Origin: Microgenomates group bacterium
GTDB taxonomy: Bacteria; Patescibacteriota; Microgenomatia; PFEM01; JBNASD01
DNA length: 64,000 bases
Reading direction: 5' to 3'
Assembly: GCA_049720225.1 (NCBI GenBank)
Contig: JBNASD010000002.1
Span: 1,622-65,621, forward strand
The notes beneath the pieces are model-generated. The model was given only the letters and a program-made list of their open reading frames with translations. It did no database searches and was not told the origin of the DNA. Below are positions 9,217 to 21,497 of this stretch, one piece after another (position 1 is the first letter of the stretch; each line of letters opens with the position of its first letter). The position numbers and the translations under genes were made by a program.

Positions 9217-9906
9217 ATGATTTTAAACTTTAACTTTAATCGAGGTCAGCTGGCGATTATTTTAAAACGCCAGCCTGGACGTCGAAAAAAAACAAAACTT
9301 CAAAAACTTCAAAATTCTTTACTTCAAATCAAAAGATTTTTTAAAAACCACCGATACCGTGGTCATCCTTTAAGTCGGGTTTTCCGGTTTATTTTTGAAA
9401 ATAAAAGGGCAAGAAAAATCTTGGGATTTAATCTTTTTACCATCGTTTTAATAGGAAGTATTGTTTCTCCTTCTTATTCAGCTATTTCTACTCAAGAAGC
9501 AGAAATTATTACCGTAAACCCTCAAATAATTCAATTAACTACTGAAAAATCAATTCGTTATCCGTTAGATTCCGTTCGAATAACGCAGGGTTATCACCGA
9601 TTTCATTCTGCAATTGATTTTGGGGAAACGGTTGGTTCTCCTGTTTACCCAATAATGGATGGATTAGTGGAAGAAATTTCTTATCAACGTTTTGGTTATG
9701 GAAACTATATAATTATTAACCATGGCTCCGGCTTTAAATCTTTGTATGCTCACTTTTCTAAAATCACTGTCAAAAAAGGCCAAGAAGTTGATAAAAACAC
9801 TGTAATTGGTTTAATTGGAGCAAGTGGTTGGGCCACCGGCCCTCACCTCCATTTGGAAGTTTGGGATCATAATCAACCCTTTAATCCCCTAACGATTTTG
9901 AAATAA
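9217..9906 (+). CDS. M23 family peptidase (LytM-like peptidoglycan endopeptidase)
   Basis: 229 aa; TM anchor; HxxxD motif (HSAIDFG) and HxH motif (GPHLHLEV); NHGSGFKSLYAHFS core. Confidence 0.85.
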   Translation: MILNFNFNRGQLAIILKRQPGRRKKTKLQKLQNSLLQIKRFFKNHRYRGHPLSRVFRFIFENKRARKILGFNLFTIVLIGSIVSPSYSAISTQEAEIITVNPQIIQLTTEKSIRYPLDSVRITQGYHRFHSAIDFGETVGSPVYPIMDGLVEEISYQRFGYGNYIIINHGSGFKSLYAHFSKITVKKGQEVDKNTVIGLIGASGWATGPHLHLEVWDHNQPFNPLTILK

Positions 9907-9910
9907 ACAA

Positions 9911-10474
9911 CTATCTTTTAGAAACAAATTTATTATCTTTAAGATAAAAGCGCCAAGGAATTTTTGCCCAATAAGGGCCAGCGTAATCAATACCAATCCG
10001 CGGAGATTTAGCAATTTGCTTTAGGAAAATTTTTTCTCCCTCTTCTATCCAAATTCTTTTTGAACTACATATATCTTCTCCATAAAAACTTTTATCAAGT
10101 TTTAGGGCTCGGCATAGCTTTCCTGGCCCGTTGGTAGATTCATTTATTCCCTCAACCGGCTCTAAAGCTCTAATTAATACACAAGTTGGTTTTCCTTCTG
10201 TTTCTGTAGAAATATTTAACTGCCAATACATTCCATAAACTAAATAGATATAAATATGCCCCCCAATCATAAATTCCGCCTGATTTCTTTTAGTTTTCTT
10301 CCCTAAATAGGCATGGGAAGCTTTATCATATGGTCCGATATAAGCTTCAGTCTCCACAATCTTTCCCGCTAACCTTTTTCCCCGCCAAATTCTTACCAGA
10401 ATTTTTCCCAAAAGTTGACGGGCAACTTTTAAGGTTGGTTGAGTAAAAAATTCCCTTTTTAAACGACTTTTCAT
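9911..10474 (-). CDS. mpg: DNA-3-methyladenine glycosylase (Mpg/AAG family)
   Basis: 187 aa; ETEAYIG, GHIYIY and LIRALEP motifs of the AAG family. Confidence 0.8.
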   Translation of the reverse strand: MKSRLKREFFTQPTLKVARQLLGKILVRIWRGKRLAGKIVETEAYIGPYDKASHAYLGKKTKRNQAEFMIGGHIYIYLVYGMYWQLNISTETEGKPTCVLIRALEPVEGINESTNGPGKLCRALKLDKSFYGEDICSSKRIWIEEGEKIFLKQIAKSPRIGIDYAGPYWAKIPWRFYLKDNKFVSKR

Positions 10475-10521
10475 TTTTTTATTCCTTTATTATAAAATTC
10501 TTTATATTATAAAATAAAAAA

Positions 10522-11028
10522 ATGCGCTTAAAAATTATCAGATCTTTTCGTCGTCAAAAAACTGCCAGCGCTCAATTAAAAAATGGCATTTTGGAAGTTC
10601 GACTACCTGCTTGGATTTCCGAAAAAGAATCGCAAAAAATAATTAAAAATTTTATTGCCAGAGTTAAAAGAAAACATTCAATAATTACCAATAATAAACA
10701 ACTTAAAAAATTAGCCGATCAATTAAATAATCAATATTTTGAGGGAAAATTAAAATATAAAATTTATTGGTCAAAAAATCAAAACTCATTAGAAGGCAGT
10801 TGTTCTTATAAAAAAGGAGTTGTTAGAATTTCTTATCGCCTTAAAACTTTACCAAAATGGGTATTAAAAGCAGTTATTGTCCATGAACTTACCCATCTTT
10901 TAGTTCCTAACCATTCTCAAAAATTCTGGGAAATTGCCAATCGTTATCCCTTAATGGAACGAGCAAGAGGATATTTATTGGCATGGGAAAAATTTGGAGA
11001 GGAAAAAATAAAAAAACTGCCCAAATAA
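10522..11028 (+). CDS. YgjP-like (DUF45/M48-related) metal-dependent hydrolase
   Basis: 168 aa; HExxH motif VIVHELTHLLVPNHSQKFW, which is characteristic of this family. Confidence 0.65.
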   Translation: MRLKIIRSFRRQKTASAQLKNGILEVRLPAWISEKESQKIIKNFIARVKRKHSIITNNKQLKKLADQLNNQYFEGKLKYKIYWSKNQNSLEGSCSYKKGVVRISYRLKTLPKWVLKAVIVHELTHLLVPNHSQKFWEIANRYPLMERARGYLLAWEKFGEEKIKKLPK

Positions 11029-11059
11029 ATAAAATTTAATCTCTCCTTTTAGTGTCTAA

Positions 11060-12673
11060 TTACATTTCCGGCATCTCTTCCGAAGATTTTTTCTCTTCTT
11101 TTTCTGGAAGATCAGTTACTAAACACTCGGTAGTTAAAACCATCGTCGCAATAGAAACCGCATTTTGAACCGCGGTTCGAGTTACCTTAGCCGGATCAAT
11201 AATTCCTGCTTTTATCATATCAACATATTCACCTGTTAAAACATTTAATCCTACTCCTTTTTGTTTCTTTCTAATTTCCGCAACCACCACATTGCCATCA
11301 AATCCGGCGTTTTCTGCTAATAATTTTGTTGGTACCTCCAATGCTTTTCGAAGAATTTCTGCACCCGTTAATTCATCGCCTGTTAAACCTTTGGAATCAA
11401 TTTCTTTTGCTGCTTGAAGCAAAACAACCCCTCCTCCCGGCACAATTCCTTCCTCAATTGCTGCTTTTGTTGCCGCTACCGCATCTTTTACTCTTTCTTG
11501 CTTTTCTTTCATTTCTGTTTCAGTTGCTGCTCCTACTTCAATTACCGCTACCCCACCGGCTAATTTTGCCAATCTCTCTTCTAATTTTTCTTTATCATAA
11601 TCAGAAGTAGCTTTTTCTATTTCTTTTTTAATTTGATTAATTCTATCCTCAATCGCCTTTTTATCTCCTTTTCCACCAACGATAATTGTGTTTTCCTTAT
11701 CAGCAGTTACCCGATCAGCACGTCCTAAATCCTCTACTCTCACATCTTCTAGTTTTCTTCCCAATTCTTCAGAAATTACATTCCCACCGGTTAAAATGGC
11801 AATATCTTGAAGTATTTCTTTTCTCCGGTCACCAAATCCTGGCGCTTCAACCGCTAACACATTAAAGGTTCCTCTTAATTTGTTAACAATTAAAGTTGCC
11901 AATGCTTCTCCTTCCACTCCATCGGCAATAATCACTAAGTTTTTAGTTACCTTTACTGCTCTCTCTAAGAAAGGAACCAACTCTTGGACACCAGAAATTT
12001 TTTTATCGGTAATTAAAATATAAGCATCTTCTACCGTTGCTTCCATTGTGTCGGGATTAGTAATAAAGTAAGGAGAAATAAAACCTTTATCAAACTCCAT
12101 TCCTTCCTTATAATCAATCTCAATTTCCAAGCCTTTTCCTTCTTCAACTGTTACTACGCCATTGGGGCCTACTTTCTTTAAAGCTTCGGCAATTTTTTTG
12201 CCGATTTCCTCATTTTGAGCAGAAATAGTGGCTACTTGAGTAATTTTATCGCTATCGTCTTTAATTTCTTGAGCTTGTTTTTTAATTGAGGCAACCACTT
12301 GTTCTGCCGCTTTTTGAATCCCTTGAATCAAAATCATTGGGTTAGCACCGGCAGTAATATTTTTGATTCCTTCAGCAACAATTGCCTGGGTTAAAACAGT
12401 AGCGGTAGTCGTTCCATCTCCGGTAACATCGTTGGTTTTTTCCGCGGCTTCTTTAACTAACTGAGCTCCCATATTTTCAAAGGGATCTTGAAGGTCAATT
12501 TCTTTTGCCACAGAAACCCCATCATGAACCACTGAGGGAGCCCCCCATTTTTTATCTAATGCCACATTTCGACCTTTGGGGCCTAAGGTTGTCCCTACTG
12601 CTTTGGCAACCGCATCAATTCCTCTTTTAATTTTTTCTCTTGCTTTTTCGCCATATAAAAGTTGTTTTGCCAT
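11060..12673 (-). CDS. groL: chaperonin GroEL
   Basis: 537 aa; [12 protein letters not shown]..., [13 protein letters not shown] motif; C-terminal tail ends in Met (EEMPEM). Confidence 0.95.
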   Translation of the reverse strand: MAKQLLYGEKAREKIKRGIDAVAKAVGTTLGPKGRNVALDKKWGAPSVVHDGVSVAKEIDLQDPFENMGAQLVKEAAEKTNDVTGDGTTTATVLTQAIVAEGIKNITAGANPMILIQGIQKAAEQVVASIKKQAQEIKDDSDKITQVATISAQNEEIGKKIAEALKKVGPNGVVTVEEGKGLEIEIDYKEGMEFDKGFISPYFITNPDTMEATVEDAYILITDKKISGVQELVPFLERAVKVTKNLVIIADGVEGEALATLIVNKLRGTFNVLAVEAPGFGDRRKEILQDIAILTGGNVISEELGRKLEDVRVEDLGRADRVTADKENTIIVGGKGDKKAIEDRINQIKKEIEKATSDYDKEKLEERLAKLAGGVAVIEVGAATETEMKEKQERVKDAVAATKAAIEEGIVPGGGVVLLQAAKEIDSKGLTGDELTGAEILRKALEVPTKLLAENAGFDGNVVVAEIRKKQKGVGLNVLTGEYVDMIKAGIIDPAKVTRTAVQNAVSIATMVLTTECLVTDLPEKEEKKSSEEMPEM

Positions 12674-12682
12674 TTTACCTCC

Positions 12683-12961
12683 TTATTCTTCAATTACTGC
12701 CATAATATCAGAGAATTTAACAAAAATATATTCTTTACCAGTAAAATCAAATTTTACCTCATCACCACCCCATTTTTTATAAATAACAATATCATTGACT
12801 TTAAATTGAGGAACAATTTTCTTTCCCTCCTCAATTAAAGGCGCACCCACTGCTAATACTTTTCCTTTTTGTGATTTTTCATCATGGGTATCAGGCAAAA
12901 CAATTCCTCCTGCTGTCTTTTTTTCAATTTCCAAAGGCTCAATTAAAGCATACCCAGGCAT
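12683..12961 (-). CDS. groS: co-chaperonin GroES
   Basis: PLGYALIEP...GGIVLPD mobile-loop region; start placed at the internal Met (MPGYAL) that gives a roughly 93-aa GroES; the ORF extends to 13006. Confidence 0.85.
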   Translation of the reverse strand: MPGYALIEPLEIEKKTAGGIVLPDTHDEKSQKGKVLAVGAPLIEEGKKIVPQFKVNDIVIYKKWGGDEVKFDFTGKEYIFVKFSDIMAVIEE

Positions 12962-13056
12962 CGGTTTAATTTTTGGTAAATTGGAATTACTCTTCGTCCT
13001 TGGCATTTTTAAAAGATAATCAATCTAACGGAACATTAGAAGATTTCTGAAAATGT

Positions 13057-13085
13057 ATTATAAAAATTCAAAAGAAATTTGTCAA
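13057..13085 (-). promoter_or_regulatory. near-consensus sigma-70 promoter for groES-groEL
   Basis: On the minus strand: TTGACA, 17 nt, TATAAT. No CIRCE inverted repeat was found. Confidence 0.4.
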
Positions 13086-13094
13086 GAGTGTTTT

Positions 13095-15644
13095 TTAATT
13101 TTTTATTAACTTTATTTCAAAAAATAAATCTTTATTGAAATCAAGTTTAAAAGAATAAAAATCTTTATCATAAACGGCGATTGGTTTTTGAGGAATAATC
13201 ACCCAATCACGAGAGGCTTTTATTTTAAAAGAAAATTTTTCTGGTTTTATTCCTGATTGTTTTTGGACTAAAAAGAACCAATTATTTTTAAAGAAGGAAG
13301 AAACTGTCCAAGGTAAGAAATAATAAACTTCTACTTCTAAACTATCTGCCGGAGGTACCTCTACTAAAAATCCAAAAATAGTTTTTTCTTTCTCTTCTTC
13401 AATTTTTATTTTATCTTTTTCTACTGCCTTTCCTCCAATTTTTAACTCCATTAATTCGCTTTTTTTAGGGACGATTATTCGTAAATAATTTTTGTATTTT
13501 CCACCGGGAAATTTTTCGGAAGTACTTTTGTTAACATAGCTAATGATTAAACTTTTTTTAATTCTTCCTTCAGAATCAATTTCGGCAAAATGGTCAACAT
13601 TTCTTTCAACAAAATAATTAACTTTATTCACTCCTAAATTTGCCTCTACAATCATCAAATAGTCTCCAAAACATTCTTCTTCTTGTTCTTTACTAAGTTT
13701 TTGACAATTAATATTTTTTAATCCTCCATCCCAACCTAAATTAAAAATTTCTTTTTGTTCTTGAGAATTATTAAAATAAAGCAAAATATTTTTTTCTTCT
13801 AAAGAACGATATAAAGCATAGGCAATTTCTAGCTTTTTTTTGTTTTCTGCTTTTTTAATCTCACTGAAAAGAACCCGAGCTACTTTTCCTAAAAAATCTT
13901 GTTTTTGAGTTGAGCCGGGAAAAAATCCTACTTCAGAATAATATTCTGCTCGTTCAAAAAAATTATCAGCGTTAATTTTTTCTTCGTAATCAGGAATTTC
14001 TATCTCTCCTATTGCCTTAAGAAGATCTTGAATAAAGTAAATATTAATTCCTATCACCCCATCAACTGTCCGCCCTGTTTCTTTATCTAAAAACCACTGA
14101 GCTTTTTGAGCTACTGTAGGAAAATCGGGGTCCCAATTAACATCTCGAAGATACCAATTAGCCTCGCCTAAATATTTTTTTATTTCCTCTGGAGGTTCAA
14201 CATGACCTTTAAGTTGGCCGTCTGCCCAATAAACATCTTGAACCTCAAAATCAATTAATCTTCCTTTATTAAATGTTAAAAAAGCAATGGAACCAATAAA
14301 CCCTCCTGTTGGTCTTAACTCTGCTGAATTTTGTAAAAGAACTAAATAGGTTCTTTTTTCTTTTTCCCCCAATAATGAAGGAAAAATATTTAAAAAGCCT
14401 TTGGTTTTAATTAAAACGTTTTTTAATTCTTTATTTCTTTCTTTTAATTCACCAAAATTTCCTCTTAACCAAATTTGTTTTGTTAACCAATTTTTTTCTT
14501 TTTTAATTTCTACCTCTTTTTCTAGAATAGAAAAATAAAAATATAATTCATCGAGATCTGCCTTTATTTCTTCAGTTAATGATAAAAGGTTAGTCTCCCT
14601 TTCTTTTCCTAAAACAAAATTAAAAATTTCTTCTCCTTTTTGGGTAACTTCAGTAGTTTTAATTAATAAAGAATTTAATTTCTTTAAATCTGAAATACCA
14701 TCGAATGAAGGAAATAAATTAAAAAATTTTTTTCCCAAAAGAAAACTTTTTTTTGCTGAAGAAAAATCCCCTTCTATGGCATTATTTATTCCCTTTTTTA
14801 GAAAATTTATTCCTAAAAAAAAGCCCAATCCATAAAAAAGGAAAAAGAAAAATAATAGCAACAAGAAAAAAATTCCTGATTTAAATTTTTTTTCTTTTAC
14901 TGGTAATTCTTTATGGGAAACGGAAAGAATTTCTTTTAAAGTAACGAAGGAAGGTTTTTCTCCTGAAGTTTTTTTCTGAAAGAAAGGCTTTTGTTTTTTA
15001 CTAAGAAAAAATTCTTCGGTTTCTTTGATTCCTTCTTCTAATGGAGTAATTGGTTGCCAATTTAAATCTTTTTCCCCCGTAGATGAAAGAGAAAATTTTT
15101 TTCCGCTGGTATGAGGCAAAAAAATTGCTTTTAAAATTCCCAAAACCGCATCGGTAATAAATAACGCAGGAAGAGAAAAATTTTTTTGTTTTAATAACCA
15201 AAAATCCTTTTCATCCATTCCTGGACCGTAAACAAAAGGAATTTCTAATATCCGAAAATTAACTTGAGAGAAATTTTTTTTAATTTCTTCTAAAGAAAGT
15301 TCGCTATTTAAAATTAAAATTTTTGCTTTATTTTTCTCCGCTAATCCCAAAAGGCTTTTGGTTAATTCCGAAGATTTTCCTAAATCTAAAATATAATCAA
15401 TTTTTTCGGCAATAATTTCTGCAGGAAAAAAAATTACTGACGAGTCAAAATTAAAAGAAAGACATAAAAAATCATTACCCAATAATTTTTTTTCTATAAT
15501 TTCTTTTTTAGAAGAAGGAGCGAGAATAATTACCCGACAACCTTGAGCAAACAGCGCTTTACTTAAAAATAAAGACAAAAAATCATCTTGAGAAACAATT
15601 AAAACTTGCGGTTTTTGGGTTTTATTAATCTGGGCAGTAATCAC
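13095..15644 (-). CDS. large DUF4012-domain membrane protein
   Basis: 849 aa; cytoplasmic N-terminal region, one TM (FFLLLLFFFFLFYGLGFFLG), then an extracytoplasmic domain with AELRPTGGFIGS, which I recognise as the DUF4012 signature. Confidence 0.6.
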   Translation of the reverse strand: MITAQINKTQKPQVLIVSQDDFLSLFLSKALFAQGCRVIILAPSSKKEIIEKKLLGNDFLCLSFNFDSSVIFFPAEIIAEKIDYILDLGKSSELTKSLLGLAEKNKAKILILNSELSLEEIKKNFSQVNFRILEIPFVYGPGMDEKDFWLLKQKNFSLPALFITDAVLGILKAIFLPHTSGKKFSLSSTGEKDLNWQPITPLEEGIKETEEFFLSKKQKPFFQKKTSGEKPSFVTLKEILSVSHKELPVKEKKFKSGIFFLLLLFFFFLFYGLGFFLGINFLKKGINNAIEGDFSSAKKSFLLGKKFFNLFPSFDGISDLKKLNSLLIKTTEVTQKGEEIFNFVLGKERETNLLSLTEEIKADLDELYFYFSILEKEVEIKKEKNWLTKQIWLRGNFGELKERNKELKNVLIKTKGFLNIFPSLLGEKEKRTYLVLLQNSAELRPTGGFIGSIAFLTFNKGRLIDFEVQDVYWADGQLKGHVEPPEEIKKYLGEANWYLRDVNWDPDFPTVAQKAQWFLDKETGRTVDGVIGINIYFIQDLLKAIGEIEIPDYEEKINADNFFERAEYYSEVGFFPGSTQKQDFLGKVARVLFSEIKKAENKKKLEIAYALYRSLEEKNILLYFNNSQEQKEIFNLGWDGGLKNINCQKLSKEQEEECFGDYLMIVEANLGVNKVNYFVERNVDHFAEIDSEGRIKKSLIISYVNKSTSEKFPGGKYKNYLRIIVPKKSELMELKIGGKAVEKDKIKIEEEKEKTIFGFLVEVPPADSLEVEVYYFLPWTVSSFFKNNWFFLVQKQSGIKPEKFSFKIKASRDWVIIPQKPIAVYDKDFYSFKLDFNKDLFFEIKLIKN

Positions 15645-15738
15645 GTTTTTATCTTAAAAAAAACCGAAAATCTTTGCAACCACAAAAAATATTTTTTTAA
15701 TATTATAAGATTACTAAAAATTTGTCTTTCAAGTTCAA

Positions 15739-16164
15739 CTAAAGGGCACTATCGGGGGCAGGTTCGGAAGGTACAAGAAAATGGGCTTTATTCTTTTTTC
15801 GATTTATAAAATTGTAAGAAATAGAAAAAGAAATATTTTTTTCTAGCTCTTTTATTTTTTTCTGAAGTAATTTAAGATTTTCGTTTTTAATTTTAAAATT
15901 ACCATTAAGTTGATTCACTACTAATTGAGAATCTAAAAAAAATTTAACTTTAAACTTTTCTCTTTTTGAAAAATTTTCTTTTAGCCATTTTAAGGCTTCT
16001 AAAACCGCAATATATTCTGCCTTGTTATTAGTAGTATAACCAATAAATTTTCCCTTTTTAATAATGGTCTTTCCTTTAGAGTCTTTCACTATAAAACCTA
16101 TCCCTCCTGGACCAGGATTTCCTTTTGCTCCCCCATCGGTATAAACATAAAAAATTTCTTCCAT
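15739..16164 (-). CDS. rnhA: ribonuclease HI
   Basis: 141 aa; YTDGGAKGNPGPGG and NNKAEYIAVLEAL catalytic motifs. Confidence 0.85.
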   Translation of the reverse strand: MEEIFYVYTDGGAKGNPGPGGIGFIVKDSKGKTIIKKGKFIGYTTNNKAEYIAVLEALKWLKENFSKREKFKVKFFLDSQLVVNQLNGNFKIKNENLKLLQKKIKELEKNISFSISYNFINRKKNKAHFLVPSEPAPDSAL

Positions 16165-16185
16165 AGGTGTTATTATATATTATTA

Positions 16186-16488
16186 ATGAAAATTTTTTTA
16201 AAAATTAAAAAGGCAGTCAAAAAAATTCCTCCAGGAAAAGTAACTACTTACGGAGAGATTGCTCGATTTTTAAAGATTAATAATCCCAAAATTGTTGGTT
16301 GGGCTCTTCATCAAAATAATGACCCAGCTGTCCCCTGTCACCGTGTAGTTAATCGTTTTGGTAAATTAGCAAAAAATTATGCTTTCGGAGGTATCCAAAA
16401 ACAGAAAGAAAAATTAAAAAAAGAGGGGGTAAAATTTAAAGACGAAAATACCGTAGATTTAAAAGCTTCCTTTTGGTCATTTTTTTGA
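16186..16488 (+). CDS. MGMT-family DNA-binding domain protein (methylated-DNA-protein-cysteine methyltransferase C-terminal domain, Cys retained)
   Basis: 100 aa; IPPGKVTTYGEIA helix-turn-helix and PCHRVV active-site motif. Confidence 0.7.
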   Translation: MKIFLKIKKAVKKIPPGKVTTYGEIARFLKINNPKIVGWALHQNNDPAVPCHRVVNRFGKLAKNYAFGGIQKQKEKLKKEGVKFKDENTVDLKASFWSFF

Positions 16489-17904
<1,416 letters not shown>

Positions 17905-17915
<11 letters not shown>

Positions 17916-18783
17916 TCTTTTGGCGCAAAAAAGCCATTAATTCTTCCTTTATTTCTTCTCTCTCTAAAGCAAATTCTATATTGGTCTTAAGCCAAGATAG
18001 AGGGTCACCGGTGGTTAACCAAGTACCTTTAATTGGCTGAGCGATAACAACCTCTTTTTTTGCTAAAGTGTTTAAAGCATCCGCTAACCACAACTCTCCC
18101 CCTTTTCCTAATTTTTGTTTTTTAAGGACTTCAATTACTTTCCAAGTTAAAATAAATCTTCCAAATTGAGCCATATTTGAAGGCGCTTTTTCTTTAGGCA
18201 TTTTTTCTAAAATAGAATGAACTTGATAAGGAACTTTTCCTTTTTTTCGATATTTTATGCTTCCATATTTATGAATCTCCTCCCACGAAACCTCCTGAAC
18301 TCCCAATACCGCTGCCGGTTGATATTTTTGCCACACACTCGCTAGTTGTTTTATGGCGGGAACTTTGCTTTTAACAATATCATCGCCAAAAAGATAGGCA
18401 AATGGCTCATTTTTTCCTAATAAAGGCGCAGCTACCAAAAGCGGCGTTCCGTTTCCATAAGGATAATCTTTTGTTTGGCGCAAATAGACAAAATTGGCTA
18501 GCCGAGGAATTTGTTGAACCATTTTTAAATATTCAGTTTTCCCATTGGCTTCTAACATATTTTCTAAAGCAGGCGAAGAATCAAAATGATCTTCTAAAGT
18601 GTGTTGCCCAGCTCGGGTAACAATAATAATTTCTCTAATTCCCGAAGCAACTAGTTCCTCTACCAAATATTGAATAATCGGTTTATCCAATAAAGGAAGC
18701 ATTTCTTTTGGTTGAACCTTAGTAGCGGGAAGAAATCTTGTGCCGTAACCGGCGGCGGCGATAACTGCTTTGGTAATTTTCAT
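17905..18783 (-). CDS. galU: UTP-glucose-1-phosphate uridylyltransferase
   Basis: 292 aa; KAVIAAAGYGTRFLPATKVQPKEMLP N-terminal nucleotide-binding motif. Confidence 0.85.
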
Positions 18784-20017
18784 TGGTTGTTTTTATTTTA
18801 TTTCTTTTGTCAATCCAAATCAAGCCCAAGATTATGGTTAATAAAAGCTGATTTTGTTGAAGTGTGAGCCAATAATGATCAAAAAAACCTAATAATAAAA
18901 TAGTGTTTAAGCTAGTTAATAGTAAAGAAGAAAAAACAAAAACTCGGCGATAGGTAAAAAACAAAAAACAGAAAAAGAAAACCAAACCAATAATTCCTGC
19001 TTCGCTAGCAATCAATAAATAAATATTGTGAACTGGCTGAAGCCATAAAGTAGAGCTTTGCCAAAATTCTGGCAAATAAACAATAAAATTATTTAAGCCA
19101 ACTCCTATTAAAGGAGATTGTTTAATTAATTGGACTGCCACCTTTGCTAAATTCCAACGGTAAAAAAATGATTCTGAGGAAAAATTTATTAATTTAATTA
19201 AATAAACCAAAACAAAAATAAGTAAAAATAATAGCAAAAACCTTAAAGTTATTTTTTTAACTTTTTTTAAAATGAACCAAAATAAAAGCAAAATCCCTCC
19301 TAACCACGCGGAACGAGAGAAAGTTATAATTAAAGAAACCCCCGCTAATATTAAATAGCAAATGGCAAATATTTTATTTTTTCTAATTAAAAAAGGGAAA
19401 GTTAAAATTAAGCTAACTAATAAAAAACCAGCTAGGGAATTAGGATGGGAAAAAGTAGCATAGGGTCTAAGAAAAAGTCGTCCTTCAATATCAATTTTAG
19501 CAATTCCCGGAGTAGCAAGATTAAAAGTTCTTTCTCCTAACCACCAAAAAATTCCTCCTAATGAGGATTGTTTTATAAATTGGCCAATGGCAATTAAAGA
19601 GGAATAAACCACAGAAATAATTAACCCGTAATTCACTAACTCTAATCCATCAATGTTTTTTACTACATACATCCCTAAAAGAAAAAATTCTAAAATTTTG
19701 AAAAATTTATAAAAAGCAACAGGAGAATTTTTTGCTAATAAACAATTAACCAACAAAAACAAAAGAAAGAAAAGAAAAAACAGAAATCTATTTGAAATTT
19801 TTAATCTAAATTTACAATTTCTAATCTTCAATTTAAAATCTTCAAAACCCCAAAAAAGAAAAATTAAAAAAACCAAAATATCAGTTAAATAAATAGTAGG
19901 GGATAAATAATCTACTCTTAAACCCCAAACATAACTCCATTCTGGCCAAAAATGACGCCCTATTTGTAAAGGAAGCAAGCCTAACAGTAACAAAAAGAGT
20001 TTTTGATGAATAACCAT
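18719..20017 (-). CDS. O-antigen ligase / Wzy-like polymerase family membrane protein
   Basis: 432 aa, about 10 TM helices; FSRSAWLGGILLL motif of the Wzy_C/O-antigen ligase domain; the 65-nt overlap with galU suggests a later real start. Confidence 0.6.
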   Translation of the reverse strand: MVIHQKLFLLLLGLLPLQIGRHFWPEWSYVWGLRVDYLSPTIYLTDILVFLIFLFWGFEDFKLKIRNCKFRLKISNRFLFFLFFLLFLLVNCLLAKNSPVAFYKFFKILEFFLLGMYVVKNIDGLELVNYGLIISVVYSSLIAIGQFIKQSSLGGIFWWLGERTFNLATPGIAKIDIEGRLFLRPYATFSHPNSLAGFLLVSLILTFPFLIRKNKIFAICYLILAGVSLIITFSRSAWLGGILLLFWFILKKVKKITLRFLLLFLLIFVLVYLIKLINFSSESFFYRWNLAKVAVQLIKQSPLIGVGLNNFIVYLPEFWQSSTLWLQPVHNIYLLIASEAGIIGLVFFFCFLFFTYRRVFVFSSLLLTSLNTILLLGFFDHYWLTLQQNQLLLTIILGLIWIDKRNKIKTTNENYQSSYRRRRLRHKISSRY

Positions 20018-20473
20018 CTATTTTTTAGGCTTAACCACTACTCTTCTTTCTTTTCCTTCTCCTTGAGATTCTGTCTCTACTCCTTCCTCATTAGCCAAAA
20101 CTAAATGAATTATTTTTCTTTCAAAAGCGGGCATCGGCGGAAGAACTTCTTCCTTTCTGGAAAATCTTACTTTCCGAGCCGCTGATAATGCCATTCTTTT
20201 AAGAACCTCTTCTCTTTTTTGGCGATAATCATTAACATCAACTAAAATTTTTATCTTTTCTTTAATTTTTTTAAAAAGAACTACCGACAAAAACGTTTGT
20301 AAAGAGTTTAAGGTTTTTCCATGATAACCAATCAAAAGACCGGGGGCTTCTGTATGAAGATTTATTTTATAACCTTCGTTATTTTCTTCCACCTCTATCG
20401 TTGCAGGAACTTCCAGAATATCCAAAACCTCCTCCGTTACTTCTTTAATTAATTTATTTTCTTCTAAATTCAT
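20018..20473 (-). CDS. jag: Jag/KhpB-like KH plus R3H domain RNA-binding protein
   Basis: 151 aa; KH region (LLIGYHGKTLNSLQ), R3H-like C-terminus; position immediately after yidC. Confidence 0.75.
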   Translation of the reverse strand: MNLEENKLIKEVTEEVLDILEVPATIEVEENNEGYKINLHTEAPGLLIGYHGKTLNSLQTFLSVVLFKKIKEKIKILVDVNDYRQKREEVLKRMALSAARKVRFSRKEEVLPPMPAFERKIIHLVLANEEGVETESQGEGKERRVVVKPKK

Positions 20474-21254
20474 TTCTTTTTTCAGATAATTTTATCATTA
20501 AAATTTGTTGAATTAAAGTAAACAACGAAAAAACAAACCAATATAAAACCAACCCTGAGGGAAAAGAATAACCAATAAAAATAGTCATTAGAGGAAAAAG
20601 ATAAAGCATTTGTTTTTGCATTGCTACCGTTAAATCGTCCTCTATTCCTGAAGTTTCTTTTGCCTCTTCCGAAGCTTTTTTCACCGTTGGTTGCATTATT
20701 TTTGAACTTACAAACTGAATTAAAGCGGCAGACAAAAGAAGAAAACCAGGAAGAGGAAGTTTTAAATCTGGTAAATAAAAAACGTCTGGTTTTGCCAAAT
20801 CAAGGTATAAAAACCGCGTATTAATCACCGTTTCCGAAGAAAGTCTTAAAAAAGGGTATAAAACTTGATTAATTTTTTCAATAATATCTCCATCTTGAAC
20901 TAAAACTTTAGCAAAGGCTTGATAAAGAGCAATTAAAATAATCAACTGAATAATCTGGGGAAGACAACCAGCCGCCGGATTTATTCCTTTCTGTCGATAA
21001 AGTTCCAATTGGGCTTTGGCAAATTGTTGTCTGTCGTTTTTATACTTTTCTTTTAGTTTTTCCAGTTCTGGAGCTAATTCTTTCATTTTTTGAACAGCTT
21101 TTAAAGAGGGGAGAGTAAGGGGAATTAATAAACTGCGAATAATAATTGTCAAAGCAATAATTGCAAGCCCTAAATTATTAAATAAAACCTGGTATAAAAA
21201 AATTAGGGCATTTAAAATCGGTTGAAACAAAAAAAGATACCAAAGTTCTCTCAT
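20454..21254 (-). CDS. yidC: membrane protein insertase YidC (short form)
   Basis: 266 aa; LLIPLTLPSLKAVQKMKELAPELEKLKEKYKNDRQQ...GINPAAGCLP conserved core. Confidence 0.9.
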   Translation of the reverse strand: MRELWYLFLFQPILNALIFLYQVLFNNLGLAIIALTIIIRSLLIPLTLPSLKAVQKMKELAPELEKLKEKYKNDRQQFAKAQLELYRQKGINPAAGCLPQIIQLIILIALYQAFAKVLVQDGDIIEKINQVLYPFLRLSSETVINTRFLYLDLAKPDVFYLPDLKLPLPGFLLLSAALIQFVSSKIMQPTVKKASEEAKETSGIEDDLTVAMQKQMLYLFPLMTIFIGYSFPSGLVLYWFVFSLFTLIQQILMIKLSEKRNEFRRK

Positions 21255-21497
21255 TTATGGTACTGGATCTTCTCCTCCTTTATTAAAAGGATGACAGCGA
21301 ATAATTCTTTTTCCCGCTAACCATCCTCCTTGGATTATACCATACTTTAAAATTGCCTGACGGGCATATTCGGAACAAGTAGGTCGAAAACGACAAAAAG
21401 GTTGATCGTTTAAAAGAAAAAATTTAAAAATTAAATATTTAAAATTTTCCAATAACTGATAAGTTTTAACTAAAAACAAAACTAAAAATTTTATCAT
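21255..21497 (-). CDS. yidD: membrane protein insertion efficiency factor YidD
   Basis: 80 aa; [11 protein letters not shown]...RCHP motif. Confidence 0.85.
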   Translation of the reverse strand: MIKFLVLFLVKTYQLLENFKYLIFKFFLLNDQPFCRFRPTCSEYARQAILKYGIIQGGWLAGKRIIRCHPFNKGGEDPVP

